Shown here one piece after another: positions 27,708 to 37,128 of a stretch of 64,000 nucleotides of DNA (within the stretch, counting starts at the first letter, position 1; the number at the start of each line of letters is the position of its first letter). The translations under genes and the position numbers were made by a program. The notes beneath the pieces were generated by a model that saw nothing but the letters and a program-made list of their open reading frames with translations, was not told the DNA's origin and searched no databases. The stretch spans positions 88,929 through 152,928 of the forward strand of contig CAVYBU010000006.1 in the NCBI GenBank assembly GCA_963766735.1, read 5' to 3'. This stretch comes from an uncultured Chloroflexia bacterium (lineage in GTDB: Bacteria; Chloroflexota; Limnocylindria; Limnocylindrales; CSP1-4).

Positions 27708-28406
27708 TCAGGCCAGCCGGCCCGCCGGGCGGAGCGTCTCGTAGCGGAGGTCTCCGCGCCGAAGGACAAAGGCGTCCAGCGCCAGGCCGTTGGGGTCCAT
27801 CTCCGAGAACTCCTCGTTGATCCAGGCAACGAAGGCCCGGTCCACGTCCGCCGGCATCGAGATCAGGATGTCCCGCATCGGCGCGATCAGGCACTGGGGC
27901 GTCTCGCCGAAGATGCGCCGCAGCTCGTCCGGAACGAGGACCAGCGCGGATGCGCAGCCGACGCCCGACTGGAGCACGCGCACCGGGACGCCGTCCAGAG
28001 CCTGGCTCATCAGGTCCCGCGGCCGCACGCCCCGCAAACGGGCACGGAGGTTCTCCAGCGATGTCGCAACGAGGTCCGCCGGGCCGATGGGCCAGGACCC
28101 CAGCAGCGACTCCCCCACCACCAGGAACGCCGGCCCGATGTCGATCCCGAAACCCGTTGGGATCCCGGGCGGCAGCGTCACCCGGAACGGCTCGCCCGCC
28201 TGCGGCGGCATCGGCCTCCGGCGGGGCAGGATCGGGATGACGTTGGGGGCCATCACCTCCCAGTCCAGGTCCTGGGGCAGCTCGCCCATCGCGCGGAGGA
28301 CCGCCTCCGGGGAGGCCTGTTCCATGCCGTCGCCGATGTCCACGGTGCGGTAGGTCTTGCCGGCCTTCCGCCGGCGCTTGGCGCGTCGCTTCTCGGTGTC
28401 GTTCAT
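27708..28406 (-). CDS. Hypothetical protein with a basic N-terminus
   Basis: Coding-like composition; no recognisable family. Confidence 0.45.
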   Translation of the reverse strand: MNDTEKRRAKRRRKAGKTYRTVDIGDGMEQASPEAVLRAMGELPQDLDWEVMAPNVIPILPRRRPMPPQAGEPFRVTLPPGIPTGFGIDIGPAFLVVGESLLGSWPIGPADLVATSLENLRARLRGVRPRDLMSQALDGVPVRVLQSGVGCASALVLVPDELRRIFGETPQCLIAPMRDILISMPADVDRAFVAWINEEFSEMDPNGLALDAFVLRRGDLRYETLRPAGRLA

Positions 28407-28555
28407 GCGGCGCAGGATGACGATGGGGGCTTATCTCACGCCGCACCCGGACTTCATCCCCGCTTATCTGTCGACAGCAGGCGAGACCGGCTCTCGCGAT
28501 CGACTACCCTCCCGGTGCCGGGGCGATCGCTCCGGTCTGTTCGAGGTGTCACCCG

Positions 28556-29590
28556 GTGGAGCCCAACGTCGTCCTGCCGTTCCTGAGCTCGACGCTCAGC
28601 TTCGTGTTCGCGCTGTTCCTGCTGGACCAGTGGCTCGAGCGGCGGCGCCCATACCAGCTGATCTGGACCTTCGGCATGGTCTGGTACGGGATCTCGGCCG
28701 GAACCGAGTTCTGGGGTGGCGCCTTCGGCTGGAGCGAACCGCTCTACCGCGCCTGGTACCTCATCGGGGCGTTCTACGTGGCGGCCTGGCTGGGCCTCGG
28801 GACCATGTACCTCCTGGGCAAGACGCGGTTCGGGTACGGCGCCGCAATCAGCATCCTGTTTGCCGCGCCGATCATGCTGGCCTCGCAGGCGAGGCACCAG
28901 TACACGGATACCGGCGTCATCCCGGTCGTGGCGTTCGGCATCGCCGTGCTCGGGGGCCTGCTGATCATCGTCGAGACCTATCGCGCCAAGGGCACCTGGG
29001 CACGCGTCGCCGGCATCCTGATCGTGGGCGGCTCCATCGCGGTCGCCCCTCTGGTCGCCTTCGTGCCCCTGGCGGCTCCCGGGTACCTGGTCGACGCCAA
29101 CGGCATTCCGGTCGGCGACCTGATGCCGGGTGCCGTCCGCCTGCTGACGCCGCTGTTCAACATCACCGGGGCCTTCGCGCTGGCCCTGGGCGCCCTGTAC
29201 AGCACGTACATGTTCATGCCCAAGAAGCGCCTGGTCCGGTACGACCTGGCGCGCTCCCAGGGTCTTGGACGGTTCCTCGTCAACCTCGTCATCGCGCCGA
29301 TCGCGATCACGGTCAACCTGATTGTCTCGATCCCCGGGACCGTCCTCGCCCTGTTCAAGGGCAAGCTCAACAGCCGCGTCCCGGCCACGATCCTGTTGGC
29401 CGTCGGCGCCTTCATCCCATCGGTGACCTCGGGGCTGTCACGGTTCGGCATCACTGAGACGTTCTTCCTGGGCGAGCTCCTGGGCGTGGTGTTCCTGTTC
29501 GCCGGCACACTGGTCTCGGTGGAGGTGTTCCGCGAGTTCCGGGTCCCGTTCACGCACCGCGTTCTCTACGCGCGGAGCGAGGCCGAGTAG
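28556..29590 (+). CDS. Uncharacterised polytopic membrane protein, paralogue A (of 50843-51889)
   Basis: GTG start; LLDQWLERRRPYQLIWTFGM...YRAWYL...TRFGY...FMPKKR...SRVPATIL blocks are shared with the second copy. Confidence 0.7.
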   Translation: MEPNVVLPFLSSTLSFVFALFLLDQWLERRRPYQLIWTFGMVWYGISAGTEFWGGAFGWSEPLYRAWYLIGAFYVAAWLGLGTMYLLGKTRFGYGAAISILFAAPIMLASQARHQYTDTGVIPVVAFGIAVLGGLLIIVETYRAKGTWARVAGILIVGGSIAVAPLVAFVPLAAPGYLVDANGIPVGDLMPGAVRLLTPLFNITGAFALALGALYSTYMFMPKKRLVRYDLARSQGLGRFLVNLVIAPIAITVNLIVSIPGTVLALFKGKLNSRVPATILLAVGAFIPSVTSGLSRFGITETFFLGELLGVVFLFAGTLVSVEVFREFRVPFTHRVLYARSEAE

Positions 29591-29621
29591 GGCGGGACCG
29601 TTCGGCGGACTCACCACAGCC

Positions 29622-30470
29622 TCAGGTCCTGACGACCTCCACCCCGCGCACCGGCGGCAAGGCGTCCGCGCGCCGGTTGGCGAGGACCGGGATCTGGCGC
29701 CGCGCAGCCGCCACGCGTGACAGGTCCAGCTCGGCGCGCACGATCGCCTCGTCCATGCCCGCCTGTGCGACGACGCTCCCCCACGGATCCACGATCATCG
29801 AGTGGCCCCAGGCGGCGATCGCTCCCGGTCCACCGGCGCCGCATCCGGCCGCCGCGAGGACGTAGGAGCCATTCTCGATCGCACGCGCGCGAACCAGCAC
29901 CTCCCAGTGGTCACGCCCGGTCCGTTCGGTGAACACCGCCGGCACTGCCAGCACCTCCGCGCCGGCCAGGGAGAGCGCCCGGTACAGCTCCGGGAACCGC
30001 AGGTCGTAGCAGATCGACAGCCCCAGGCCCGTCCCCTCGACGGCTGCGACCACGGCCACGTCGCCCGGGGTCACCCGCGCCGACTCCAGGTCGGACGGAC
30101 CGTCGTCCACCGAGGCGTCGAACAGGTGGAGCTTGCGATAGCGGGCGACGAGCTCACCCGAACGGTCGAACAGGACGGCCGTGTTGAAGGGCCGCGCGGG
30201 ATCCCCCGAAGCCTCTGCGTGGCTTCCCGCCAGGACCCAGCAGCCGTGCTCGCGGGCAACGGCTGCGAGGGGTGCGGTCGTCGGGCCGGGTACCGCGCGC
30301 GCCGACGCCCGGTATCCCTTCGCAGACCCGCGGAACTGCACGTACTCGGGCAGCACGACCAGGTCCGAGCCCACGGCGGCCTCCGCCGCCAGGGCGGCCG
30401 CGCGGGCGATGTTCGCTTCAACATCATCGCGCGCCTCGAACTGGACCAGGGCAACCCGCATCGTCTGCAT
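29622..30470 (-). CDS. Carbon-nitrogen hydrolase (nitrilase superfamily, Nit/omega-amidase type)
   Basis: MRVALVQF...LVVLPEY...ICYDLRFPE...AENGSYV catalytic E-K-C signature. Confidence 0.85.
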   Translation of the reverse strand: MQTMRVALVQFEARDDVEANIARAAALAAEAAVGSDLVVLPEYVQFRGSAKGYRASARAVPGPTTAPLAAVAREHGCWVLAGSHAEASGDPARPFNTAVLFDRSGELVARYRKLHLFDASVDDGPSDLESARVTPGDVAVVAAVEGTGLGLSICYDLRFPELYRALSLAGAEVLAVPAVFTERTGRDHWEVLVRARAIENGSYVLAAAGCGAGGPGAIAAWGHSMIVDPWGSVVAQAGMDEAIVRAELDLSRVAAARRQIPVLANRRADALPPVRGVEVVRT

Positions 30471-30559
30471 GCGGGAATGGTACGGCCGTCGCACCGGCCC
30501 AGGCCGGGCCAACCACGTGGCCGGACCCCAGACTTGCCGCGGCGTGCGAGCATCTGCCC

Positions 30560-32032
30560 ATGCCACCCCGGAAGGAGATCCTGGAGATCGGCGGCCGCGA
30601 GGTCGCGGTCAGCAACCCCGACAAGGTGTACTTCCCCGGCCCCGGGTACACGAAGCTGGACGTCGTCCGCTACTTCATCGCCGTCGCTGACGGGGCTCTC
30701 GCCGGCGTCCGCGGCAGGCCGATGGCGCTCAAACGCTTCGTGGACGGCATCGAGAAGGAGCCGTTCTTCCAGAAGCGGGCCCCCGAGAACCGCCCGGAGT
30801 GGATGCGCGTCGCCACGCTCAGCTTCCCGTCCGGGAGAACTGCCGACGAGATCGTCATCGACGAGGTCGCCGGGCTGGCGTGGGTCGCCAATCTCGGCTG
30901 CATCGATCTCAACCCGCACCCTGTCCGCGCCGACGACCTCGACCACCCCGACGAGTTGCGGGTTGACCTGGACCCGGTGCCCGGGGTGCCCTGGTCGCAG
31001 ATCCGCGAGGTCGCGCTGGTCGTCCGGGAATCGCTGGAGTCGGTGGGGCTCACCGGCTGGCCCAAGACCTCCGGGTCTCGCGGCATCCACGTCAACGTCC
31101 GGATCGAGCGGCGATGGACCTTTCCGCAGGTCCGGCGGGCGGCCCTGGCCCTGGCAAGGGACGTGGAGCGGAGGGCGCCGTCGATTGCTACCAGCCGGTG
31201 GTGGAAGGAGGAGCGCCATGGCGTGTTCCTCGACTACAACCAGAACGCGAAGGACCGGACCGTCGCCTCCGCCTACTCGATCCGGCCGCTCCCCGATGGA
31301 CGGGTGTCATTCCCGCTGCGCTGGGACGAGGTGGCCGAGGTGGTGGCCGAGGACTTCACGCTGGCGACGGTACCGGCCATCTATGCCGCGCGAGGTGATG
31401 CCGGCGCCGGGATCGATGCTGCCGTGGGCTCCCTGGACGCACTGCTGGAGCTGTCCGCCCGCCACGAGGGCGACGGCCAGGGGGATGCCCCGTGGCCGCC
31501 CAACTACGCCAAGCAGGAGGGCGAACCGCCGCGGGTCCAGCCGTCCCGCAAGCGCCGTGCGGATACCGAGTACCGGGGCCGGGGCATCGACGGCGGGCCG
31601 CCGCCGGAGGTCGCCGAGGCGCGTGCGGCGGCGGTCGCCGCGGGCGATGCCAACGCCGGCCTGCCGACCGGGTGGGAGGGCTCGCGTCCCTCGCCGACCG
31701 GACGACGCCGATCCAGCATCCCGGTCATCGAGATCGGGCGAGCGCCCACGAAGGCCGAGGTGTACGACGGGCTCGAGCGCTGGAAGGGGCGTCATCCCGA
31801 GGCAGCCACCCACCTGCAGCCCGCGGACGTGATCGAGACGGCCATGCGAGGCCGCGCGTACGCCTGGTACCGTCTGCGGCTCAACCTGGTCCACGTCCCC
31901 GAGGGTCTCCGGCCCGGGCAGGAACCGCTCGATCCAGACGCCCAGCCGGACGACTGGGCGAACGTCGCGGACGAGGAGCGGGCTGCATGGATGGCGGGTC
32001 GGCCACCACGCGACCGAGACCCGGAGACCTGA
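30560..32032 (+). CDS. Stand-alone LigD-type polymerase/primase domain protein (NHEJ PolDom) with a roughly 180-aa C-terminal extension
   Basis: LEIGGREVAVSNPDKVYFP...KRF...WVANLGCIDLNPHP...DLDP...SGSRGIHV LigD-Pol signature. Confidence 0.8.
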   Translation: MPPRKEILEIGGREVAVSNPDKVYFPGPGYTKLDVVRYFIAVADGALAGVRGRPMALKRFVDGIEKEPFFQKRAPENRPEWMRVATLSFPSGRTADEIVIDEVAGLAWVANLGCIDLNPHPVRADDLDHPDELRVDLDPVPGVPWSQIREVALVVRESLESVGLTGWPKTSGSRGIHVNVRIERRWTFPQVRRAALALARDVERRAPSIATSRWWKEERHGVFLDYNQNAKDRTVASAYSIRPLPDGRVSFPLRWDEVAEVVAEDFTLATVPAIYAARGDAGAGIDAAVGSLDALLELSARHEGDGQGDAPWPPNYAKQEGEPPRVQPSRKRRADTEYRGRGIDGGPPPEVAEARAAAVAAGDANAGLPTGWEGSRPSPTGRRRSSIPVIEIGRAPTKAEVYDGLERWKGRHPEAATHLQPADVIETAMRGRAYAWYRLRLNLVHVPEGLRPGQEPLDPDAQPDDWANVADEERAAWMAGRPPRDRDPET

Positions 32033-32049
32033 CGCGCAGGCGCCCGGCC

Positions 32050-33459
32050 CTAGTCCAGGTCCTCGTTGATCCCCTGGTCGCCTGCGAGGGGAGCCAGGCC
32101 CTGCAGCGACCGGAGCCGGTTCACGCGATCGATGGTCCGCGGGTGCGTCGCAAAGATCCGGGAGGCCCGCCGCTCGGTTGCCCGGATCGGGTTGACGAAC
32201 CAGATCGGCGCGGTGGCGCGGTTGGCGGCCAACAGCACCTCGCTCGTGCTCGCCGCTGCGAGCAGCGCGCTCTCGAGGGCCGCCGGGTTGCGACCCAGCT
32301 CGACGGCCGTCGCGTCGGCCAGGTACTCACGCTCGCGCGACACGGAGACCTGGGTTAGCCGGGCGAACAGCGGCGCGATGGCGTTGAGCACGGTGGCAAC
32401 GAGCAGAAGCACGAGCACGAAGATGATGATCGCCAGGATGACCGCAATGGCCGAGCCTGAGCCATCGCCACCGCCTCCACCGCCGCCGCCTCCCCCGCCG
32501 CTGCTTCCGCCGCCGCCGCTTCCGCCGCCGCCTCCCCCGCCGCTGCTTCCGCCGCCGCCCCAGCTGCCGAAGCCCCAGGAGCCGCCGCTGCCCCCACCGC
32601 CGGCGGTGTCGACGATCAGCCGGGGCACCCGCAGCGGGAACGTGACGACCCGGAAGAACCCGTCCGCGATGAGCACGACGAGGCCCACCCCGATGGCGAC
32701 GACCAGGCTGTACCGGCTGTCGTAGTTGCGGATGTGCGAGAGCTCGTGGGCAACGACGCCCTGCAACTGCTCGCGGTCCAGTGCCCGGAGCAGGCCGCGG
32801 GTCACGACGATCACCGCGTGCGTGGGATCGCGGCCCGCCGCGAACGCGTTCGGCGCCGCCTCCTCGATCACGTACGCGCCCGGGGCGGGTATGCCCGCTG
32901 CCAGCGAGAGCTCCCGCACGACATCGAGGAACCGCGCATCCAGCGGGGAGCCCGGCTCGGTTGGCCGGGCGCTCGACATCCGCAGCAGGGCCCGATCCCC
33001 CAGCCTGAATGACGCGACCGCCGACGCCACGCCCGCGGCGATCGCCCCACCGGCGACCGCAAGCCCGACAGAGGTCCGCAGCGACACGACGATCGCCACG
33101 ATGTAGGCGGTGAGAGCAAGCGTGACGACGATCGCCGCGGACAGGAACAGGCTGTTGCGCCGGTTCTCGGCAGCCTGGGACCAGAAGGTGGAGCCAGGAG
33201 GCGAGATCCGGTGCCAGGCGACCGGCACGGCAACCAGCAGGACCAGCGCCAGCACCATGACCAGCGGCGGCTCCCAGGGCGTGATCCCGAGCGGCCCTGA
33301 CCGGAAGGTGAACGGGAGGTTCCCGTACTCGGCAACGTAGTAGATGACCAGGCCCGTGATGGCCGGCACCAGCACGAGGATCGCGACGAACGCGAGCGCG
33401 ATCCGCCCGTAGTCCGCATCACCGACTCCGGACGCGATGCCCGATCGGGAGCGGCTCAC
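32050..33459 (-). CDS. M48-family (HtpX-like) zinc metalloprotease with a glycine/serine-rich insert
   Basis: HELSHIRNYD (HEXXH) and a long GGGGSGG... low-complexity stretch between TM segments. A GTG start at 33459 is assumed. Confidence 0.75.
   Translation of the reverse strand: MSRSRSGIASGVGDADYGRIALAFVAILVLVPAITGLVIYYVAEYGNLPFTFRSGPLGITPWEPPLVMVLALVLLVAVPVAWHRISPPGSTFWSQAAENRRNSLFLSAAIVVTLALTAYIVAIVVSLRTSVGLAVAGGAIAAGVASAVASFRLGDRALLRMSSARPTEPGSPLDARFLDVVRELSLAAGIPAPGAYVIEEAAPNAFAAGRDPTHAVIVVTRGLLRALDREQLQGVVAHELSHIRNYDSRYSLVVAIGVGLVVLIADGFFRVVTFPLRVPRLIVDTAGGGGSGGSWGFGSWGGGGSSGGGGGGGSGGGGSSGGGGGGGGGGGDGSGSAIAVILAIIIFVLVLLLVATVLNAIAPLFARLTQVSVSREREYLADATAVELGRNPAALESALLAAASTSEVLLAANRATAPIWFVNPIRATERRASRIFATHPRTIDRVNRLRSLQGLAPLAGDQGINEDLD
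32455..32580 (-). repeat. 33-bp direct repeat / GGC-rich low-complexity tract encoding the poly-Gly/Ser insert
   Basis: gccgccgcctcccccgccgctgcttccgccgcc occurs twice in tandem. Confidence 0.6.
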
Positions 33460-33463
33460 GACA

Positions 33464-34555
33464 TCAGCCGCCGAAGATCCGGGACAGCTCGAACGGGACG
33501 CTGGTCTCAAGCTGGTCGTAGCGGCAGTCTGCGATCGGCTTGTCCGGGCGCCAGCGCCGGAACGTCGTCCCGTGGCGGAACCGGTCGCCCTGGAGGTGGT
33601 CGTACGCGACCTCGGCCACGCGCTCGGTGCGCAGCGGCTCCCACGAGAGGTCCTTGCCGCGGTTCCACCGGGACCCCGCGCCCGGCATGCGCTGTCCGGG
33701 CACTTCGGCGGCAGCATCGAAGGCCGCCCAGGCCGCCCACTCAGCCCAGGGGTGCCCGTCCAGCGCCCCCTCGCGCAGCGGCGCCAGCTCCTCCACCAGG
33801 GCCGCCCGCCGCTCCCACGTGAACGAGGACGTGACGCCGGCGTGATGGAGCGTGCCCTCGTCGTCGAACAGGCCCAGCAGCAGCGAGCCGACGTGGGTCC
33901 CCGGCCCGTTCTTGTGCCACCGGAACCCGGCCACCACGCAGTCCGCCGTCCGCTCGTGCTTGATCTTCAGCATCGCGCGCTTGCCGGGCTGGTACGCCCC
34001 GTCCAGGCGCTTCGCCATCACGCCGTCCAGGCCCGCGCCCTCGAACCGATCGAACCAGTCCGCCGCCAGCGCCCGGTCGAGCGTCGCCGGCGTGAGGTGG
34101 ACGGGAGGCTGAGCGCCGCCCAGCACCGCCTCCAGCCGCGCCCTGCGCTCTCCCTGGGGCACGCCGCGGAGATCCTCGTCACCCAGCGCCAGCAGGTCCC
34201 ACGCGACGAACGATGCCGGCGACTCGGCCGCGAGCATCCGCACCCGCGATGCAGCCGGGTGGATCCGCAGCAGGAGCGCCTCGAAATCCAGCGCGCCGTC
34301 GCGCGCGATCACCACCTCGCCGTCCAGCACGCAGCGCTCTGGAAGCTGGGCGAGGAACGGTGCCTCGAGCTCGGGGAAGTAGCGGTCAAGGGGCTTCCGA
34401 TCCCGGCTCTGCGTGAAGACCTGGTCGCCGTCCCGAAAGACGAGCGCCCGGAAACCATCCCACTTGGGCTCGAACAGCCAGCCGTCCCCCTCCGGGAGTG
34501 ATGACGACGCCTTCGCCAGCATGGGCTCCAGCGGGGGCGGGAACGGGAGTGCCAT
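33464..34555 (-). CDS. ATP-dependent DNA ligase (LigC / LigD ligase-domain type)
   Basis: MLAKASSSLPEGDGWLFEPKWDGFRALVFRDGDQVFTQSRDRKPLDRYFPEL adenylation motif I (K-x-DG) and the OB domain. Confidence 0.85.
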   Translation of the reverse strand: MALPFPPPLEPMLAKASSSLPEGDGWLFEPKWDGFRALVFRDGDQVFTQSRDRKPLDRYFPELEAPFLAQLPERCVLDGEVVIARDGALDFEALLLRIHPAASRVRMLAAESPASFVAWDLLALGDEDLRGVPQGERRARLEAVLGGAQPPVHLTPATLDRALAADWFDRFEGAGLDGVMAKRLDGAYQPGKRAMLKIKHERTADCVVAGFRWHKNGPGTHVGSLLLGLFDDEGTLHHAGVTSSFTWERRAALVEELAPLREGALDGHPWAEWAAWAAFDAAAEVPGQRMPGAGSRWNRGKDLSWEPLRTERVAEVAYDHLQGDRFRHGTTFRRWRPDKPIADCRYDQLETSVPFELSRIFGG

Positions 34556-34701
34556 GGCGCGAACGATACCCCGCACGGTGCGCCCGCAGCGAGGGCGAGG
34601 AACCGACGCGCCGCCGGCCGCGTCCTCGGCGCACGTCCCCCATCGCCAACGCGACATGCAACTGTCCGGCACCAACCGGTGCCACCCGGAGGTGACATCA
34701 C

Positions 34702-35700
34702 ATGAGGATCCCGCAGCGGCAGGACCACAGCGTCCGCCTGGTTCTCGTCCTCGGTCTCGTGGCCGCGATCCTCCTCGCCGCGTGCGGCGGCAGCGCCTCG
34801 GCGCCGCTGGAGAACGTCGGCGCCCCGATCCCCGGTAGCGAACGAACCGGGCAGAGCCAGGGCGCCCCCGTCTCGCCCGAAGACGCCGCCCTCTCGCCCG
34901 ATGAGCAGGGCCCCGCGACCGGGGGCACGGACGGGAACGGCAACCCGGCAAGCCCCCTGCGCGATGACCTCAAGATCGTCTACACGGGCGCCCTCCAGCT
35001 CGTCGTGGCGGACCTGCCGCAGGCCCTGGCCAAGGGGCGCGCGGCCGTCGCGGCGGTGGGTGGCTACATCGGCGCCTCGCAGGAGTCCAACACCGACGAC
35101 CGCTCCGTCGCGACCATCACCTACCGCATCCCGGCGAGTCGCTGGGAAGAGGTCATCGCGGCCCTGCGCGGCCTCGCCACCGAGGTCGTGTTCGAGCAGA
35201 CCCAGGCCACCGAGGTCGGCGGCCAGATCGTCGACGTAGAGGCCCGGCTCAGGAACCTCCGCGCCAGCGAGAGCTCGCTGGTCGAGATCGCGAAGGGCAC
35301 CGGCAAGATCAGCGACCTGCTCCTGGTCGAGGAGCAGCTGACCCAGGTCCGGGGCCAGATCGAGCAGCTCGACGCGCAGCGTGCCCAGCTGGAGGACCAG
35401 GTGGCCTACGGCACCCTGGTCACGACGTACGGCACCGAGGTCCTCGCCGTCCAGGAGACGGCGAAGGGCTGGGATCCGACCGGGGACGTGGACGGAGCCC
35501 TCGCGACGCTCATCGGCGTGGGCCAGGCGATCGTCAGCGGCGGCATCTGGTTCGCCATCGTGTGGCTGCCGCTGATCCTGGTGCTGCTCCTCCTGGCGCT
35601 CGTCATCCGGTTTGCCTACCGCCGGTACGGCCCGAAGCCGAAGCCGACGCAGCATGACCCGATCCCGGGCTGGGGCGGCAGCGGAGACGCCAGCGCCTGA
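34702..35700 (+). CDS. DUF4349-domain lipoprotein
   Basis: Signal/lipobox-like N-terminus (LLAACGGSAS), a coiled-coil central region and a C-terminal TM helix. Confidence 0.7.
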   Translation: MRIPQRQDHSVRLVLVLGLVAAILLAACGGSASAPLENVGAPIPGSERTGQSQGAPVSPEDAALSPDEQGPATGGTDGNGNPASPLRDDLKIVYTGALQLVVADLPQALAKGRAAVAAVGGYIGASQESNTDDRSVATITYRIPASRWEEVIAALRGLATEVVFEQTQATEVGGQIVDVEARLRNLRASESSLVEIAKGTGKISDLLLVEEQLTQVRGQIEQLDAQRAQLEDQVAYGTLVTTYGTEVLAVQETAKGWDPTGDVDGALATLIGVGQAIVSGGIWFAIVWLPLILVLLLLALVIRFAYRRYGPKPKPTQHDPIPGWGGSGDASA

Positions 35701-35716
35701 AGCTGCGCAGGACGCG

Positions 35717-36118
35717 TCAGCGGGCGACGATCACCGTGACGTGGGCGTGCGCGGCGACGTGTTCGGAGACGCTGCCCTGGAGCGTCCTGGCCAGGGCGCC
35801 GAGGCCGCGGGTCCCGATCACGATCGTGTCGTACCCGCGCTCGTCGGCGATCCTCTCGATGGTCTTCGCGGGGTCACCCCCCGGCTCAAGCAGGTCGGCT
35901 TCGATGCCGGCATCCCGCAGCAGCCTGCGGGCCTCGAGCAACTCCTCTGCATGGACCGTGCGGTCGTCCCACGGATCGATGGGTGCCCGACCGGCCCGGA
36001 CCGGCACCACGCTGATCACGCCGACCGTGGCCTCGTAGAACCTTGCCAGCTCGACGGCCTGCTCCAGCGCGCGCTTCGCGGGCTCGCCCCCGTCATAGGC
36101 GAGCAGGATCTTCTTCAT
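35717..36118 (-). CDS. Universal stress protein (single UspA domain)
   Basis: MKKILLAYDGGEPAKRAL...TIVIGTRGLGALARTLQGSVSEHVAAHAHVTVIV. Confidence 0.8.
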   Translation of the reverse strand: MKKILLAYDGGEPAKRALEQAVELARFYEATVGVISVVPVRAGRAPIDPWDDRTVHAEELLEARRLLRDAGIEADLLEPGGDPAKTIERIADERGYDTIVIGTRGLGALARTLQGSVSEHVAAHAHVTVIVAR

Positions 36119-36285
36119 GGCCTCGACTCCCTTCCGGAGGCGCGCCGGCACTGGACGTTCTCTTGCCACGGCGGGTCTTCAACAGCGAAGCATGGATGCC
36201 GCGAGGGGCGACGCCCAGCGGCCCATGGCCGGGCGCGCCGTGCCGAAGGGCACGATTCGGTCATGGCTCGAACCGGTCTGGCACC

Positions 36286-37113
36286 ATGTCCGGCATGTCC
36301 GACCAGCAGGTGCGCTACGACAGGATCGCCCAGGGCTACGCCAGGTGGTGGTCGCCGATCCACCGCGCGTCCACCCTGCGGCTCCTGGACGAAGCCGATA
36401 CCGACGTAGCGGGAGGGGCGCGGCGGATCCTCGACGTCGGGTGCGGCACGGGGGCGATGGCGGTTGCCGCCGCCGAGCGCTGGCCGACGGTGACGGTGGA
36501 CGGGGTCGACGCGTCGGAGGGCATGCTCGCGATCGCACGCGGCGAGCTCGACAAGGTGCCGGGCTCGGTGCGGGATCGTGTCCGGTACGGGCACGGGTAT
36601 GCGGAGGGGCTGCCATTTGCGGATGCCACCTTCGACGTCGTGCTGGTCGCATTCGTGTTGCAGCTCGTCCCGTCCCGACCGCGCGCGCTGCGCGAGATGC
36701 GGCGGGTGCTCCGGCCCGGCGGCCGCCTGGCCTGCGTCCGGTGGCTCGACGGCGGCGAGCGGCTGGGCGCGGACGACGCCTACGACGAAGCGCTGGAGGC
36801 GGCGGGCATCGATCCGCGGGGCGAGGGAGATGACCGCCCAGACGCGGTGTCACCCGCCGCTGCCACAGCGCAGCTCCGCAGGGCCGGGTTCCGGGGAGTG
36901 ACCTCGCACGTGGCCGACCTTGAGCACGCGTTCACCCCGGAGGGGTTCGCAGGGTTCATCACGCGATTCGATGACGAGGACCTGTTCGCCACGATGGAGC
37001 CGGTGGCACGCGCCACCCTGGAAGCGGACCTGGTCCGACGGCTGCGCGTGCTGCCGCCGGACGGGCTCCGTCTGAGGCTGCCGACCGTGTATGCCAGCGG
37101 GTACCGGGGGTAG
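36286..37113 (+). CDS. Class I SAM-dependent methyltransferase
   Basis: ILDVGCGTGAMAV motif I; the start is taken at an internal Met of the 356-aa ORF. Confidence 0.7.
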   Translation: MSGMSDQQVRYDRIAQGYARWWSPIHRASTLRLLDEADTDVAGGARRILDVGCGTGAMAVAAAERWPTVTVDGVDASEGMLAIARGELDKVPGSVRDRVRYGHGYAEGLPFADATFDVVLVAFVLQLVPSRPRALREMRRVLRPGGRLACVRWLDGGERLGADDAYDEALEAAGIDPRGEGDDRPDAVSPAAATAQLRRAGFRGVTSHVADLEHAFTPEGFAGFITRFDDEDLFATMEPVARATLEADLVRRLRVLPPDGLRLRLPTVYASGYRG

Positions 37114-37128
37114 CCGGCACCCGGCGGA

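Noticed and set aside
32440-32600. GGC/GCC-rich repeats and the 54-bp repeats as possible CRISPR or non-coding arrays
   Set aside because: Both lie inside ORFs with consistent reading frames. They have no spacer-repeat periodicity with unique spacers, and no cas genes are nearby.
30560-34555. Complete NHEJ locus (Ku plus LigD)
   Set aside because: No Ku-like ORF is present in the window; only the PolDom and ligase components are.
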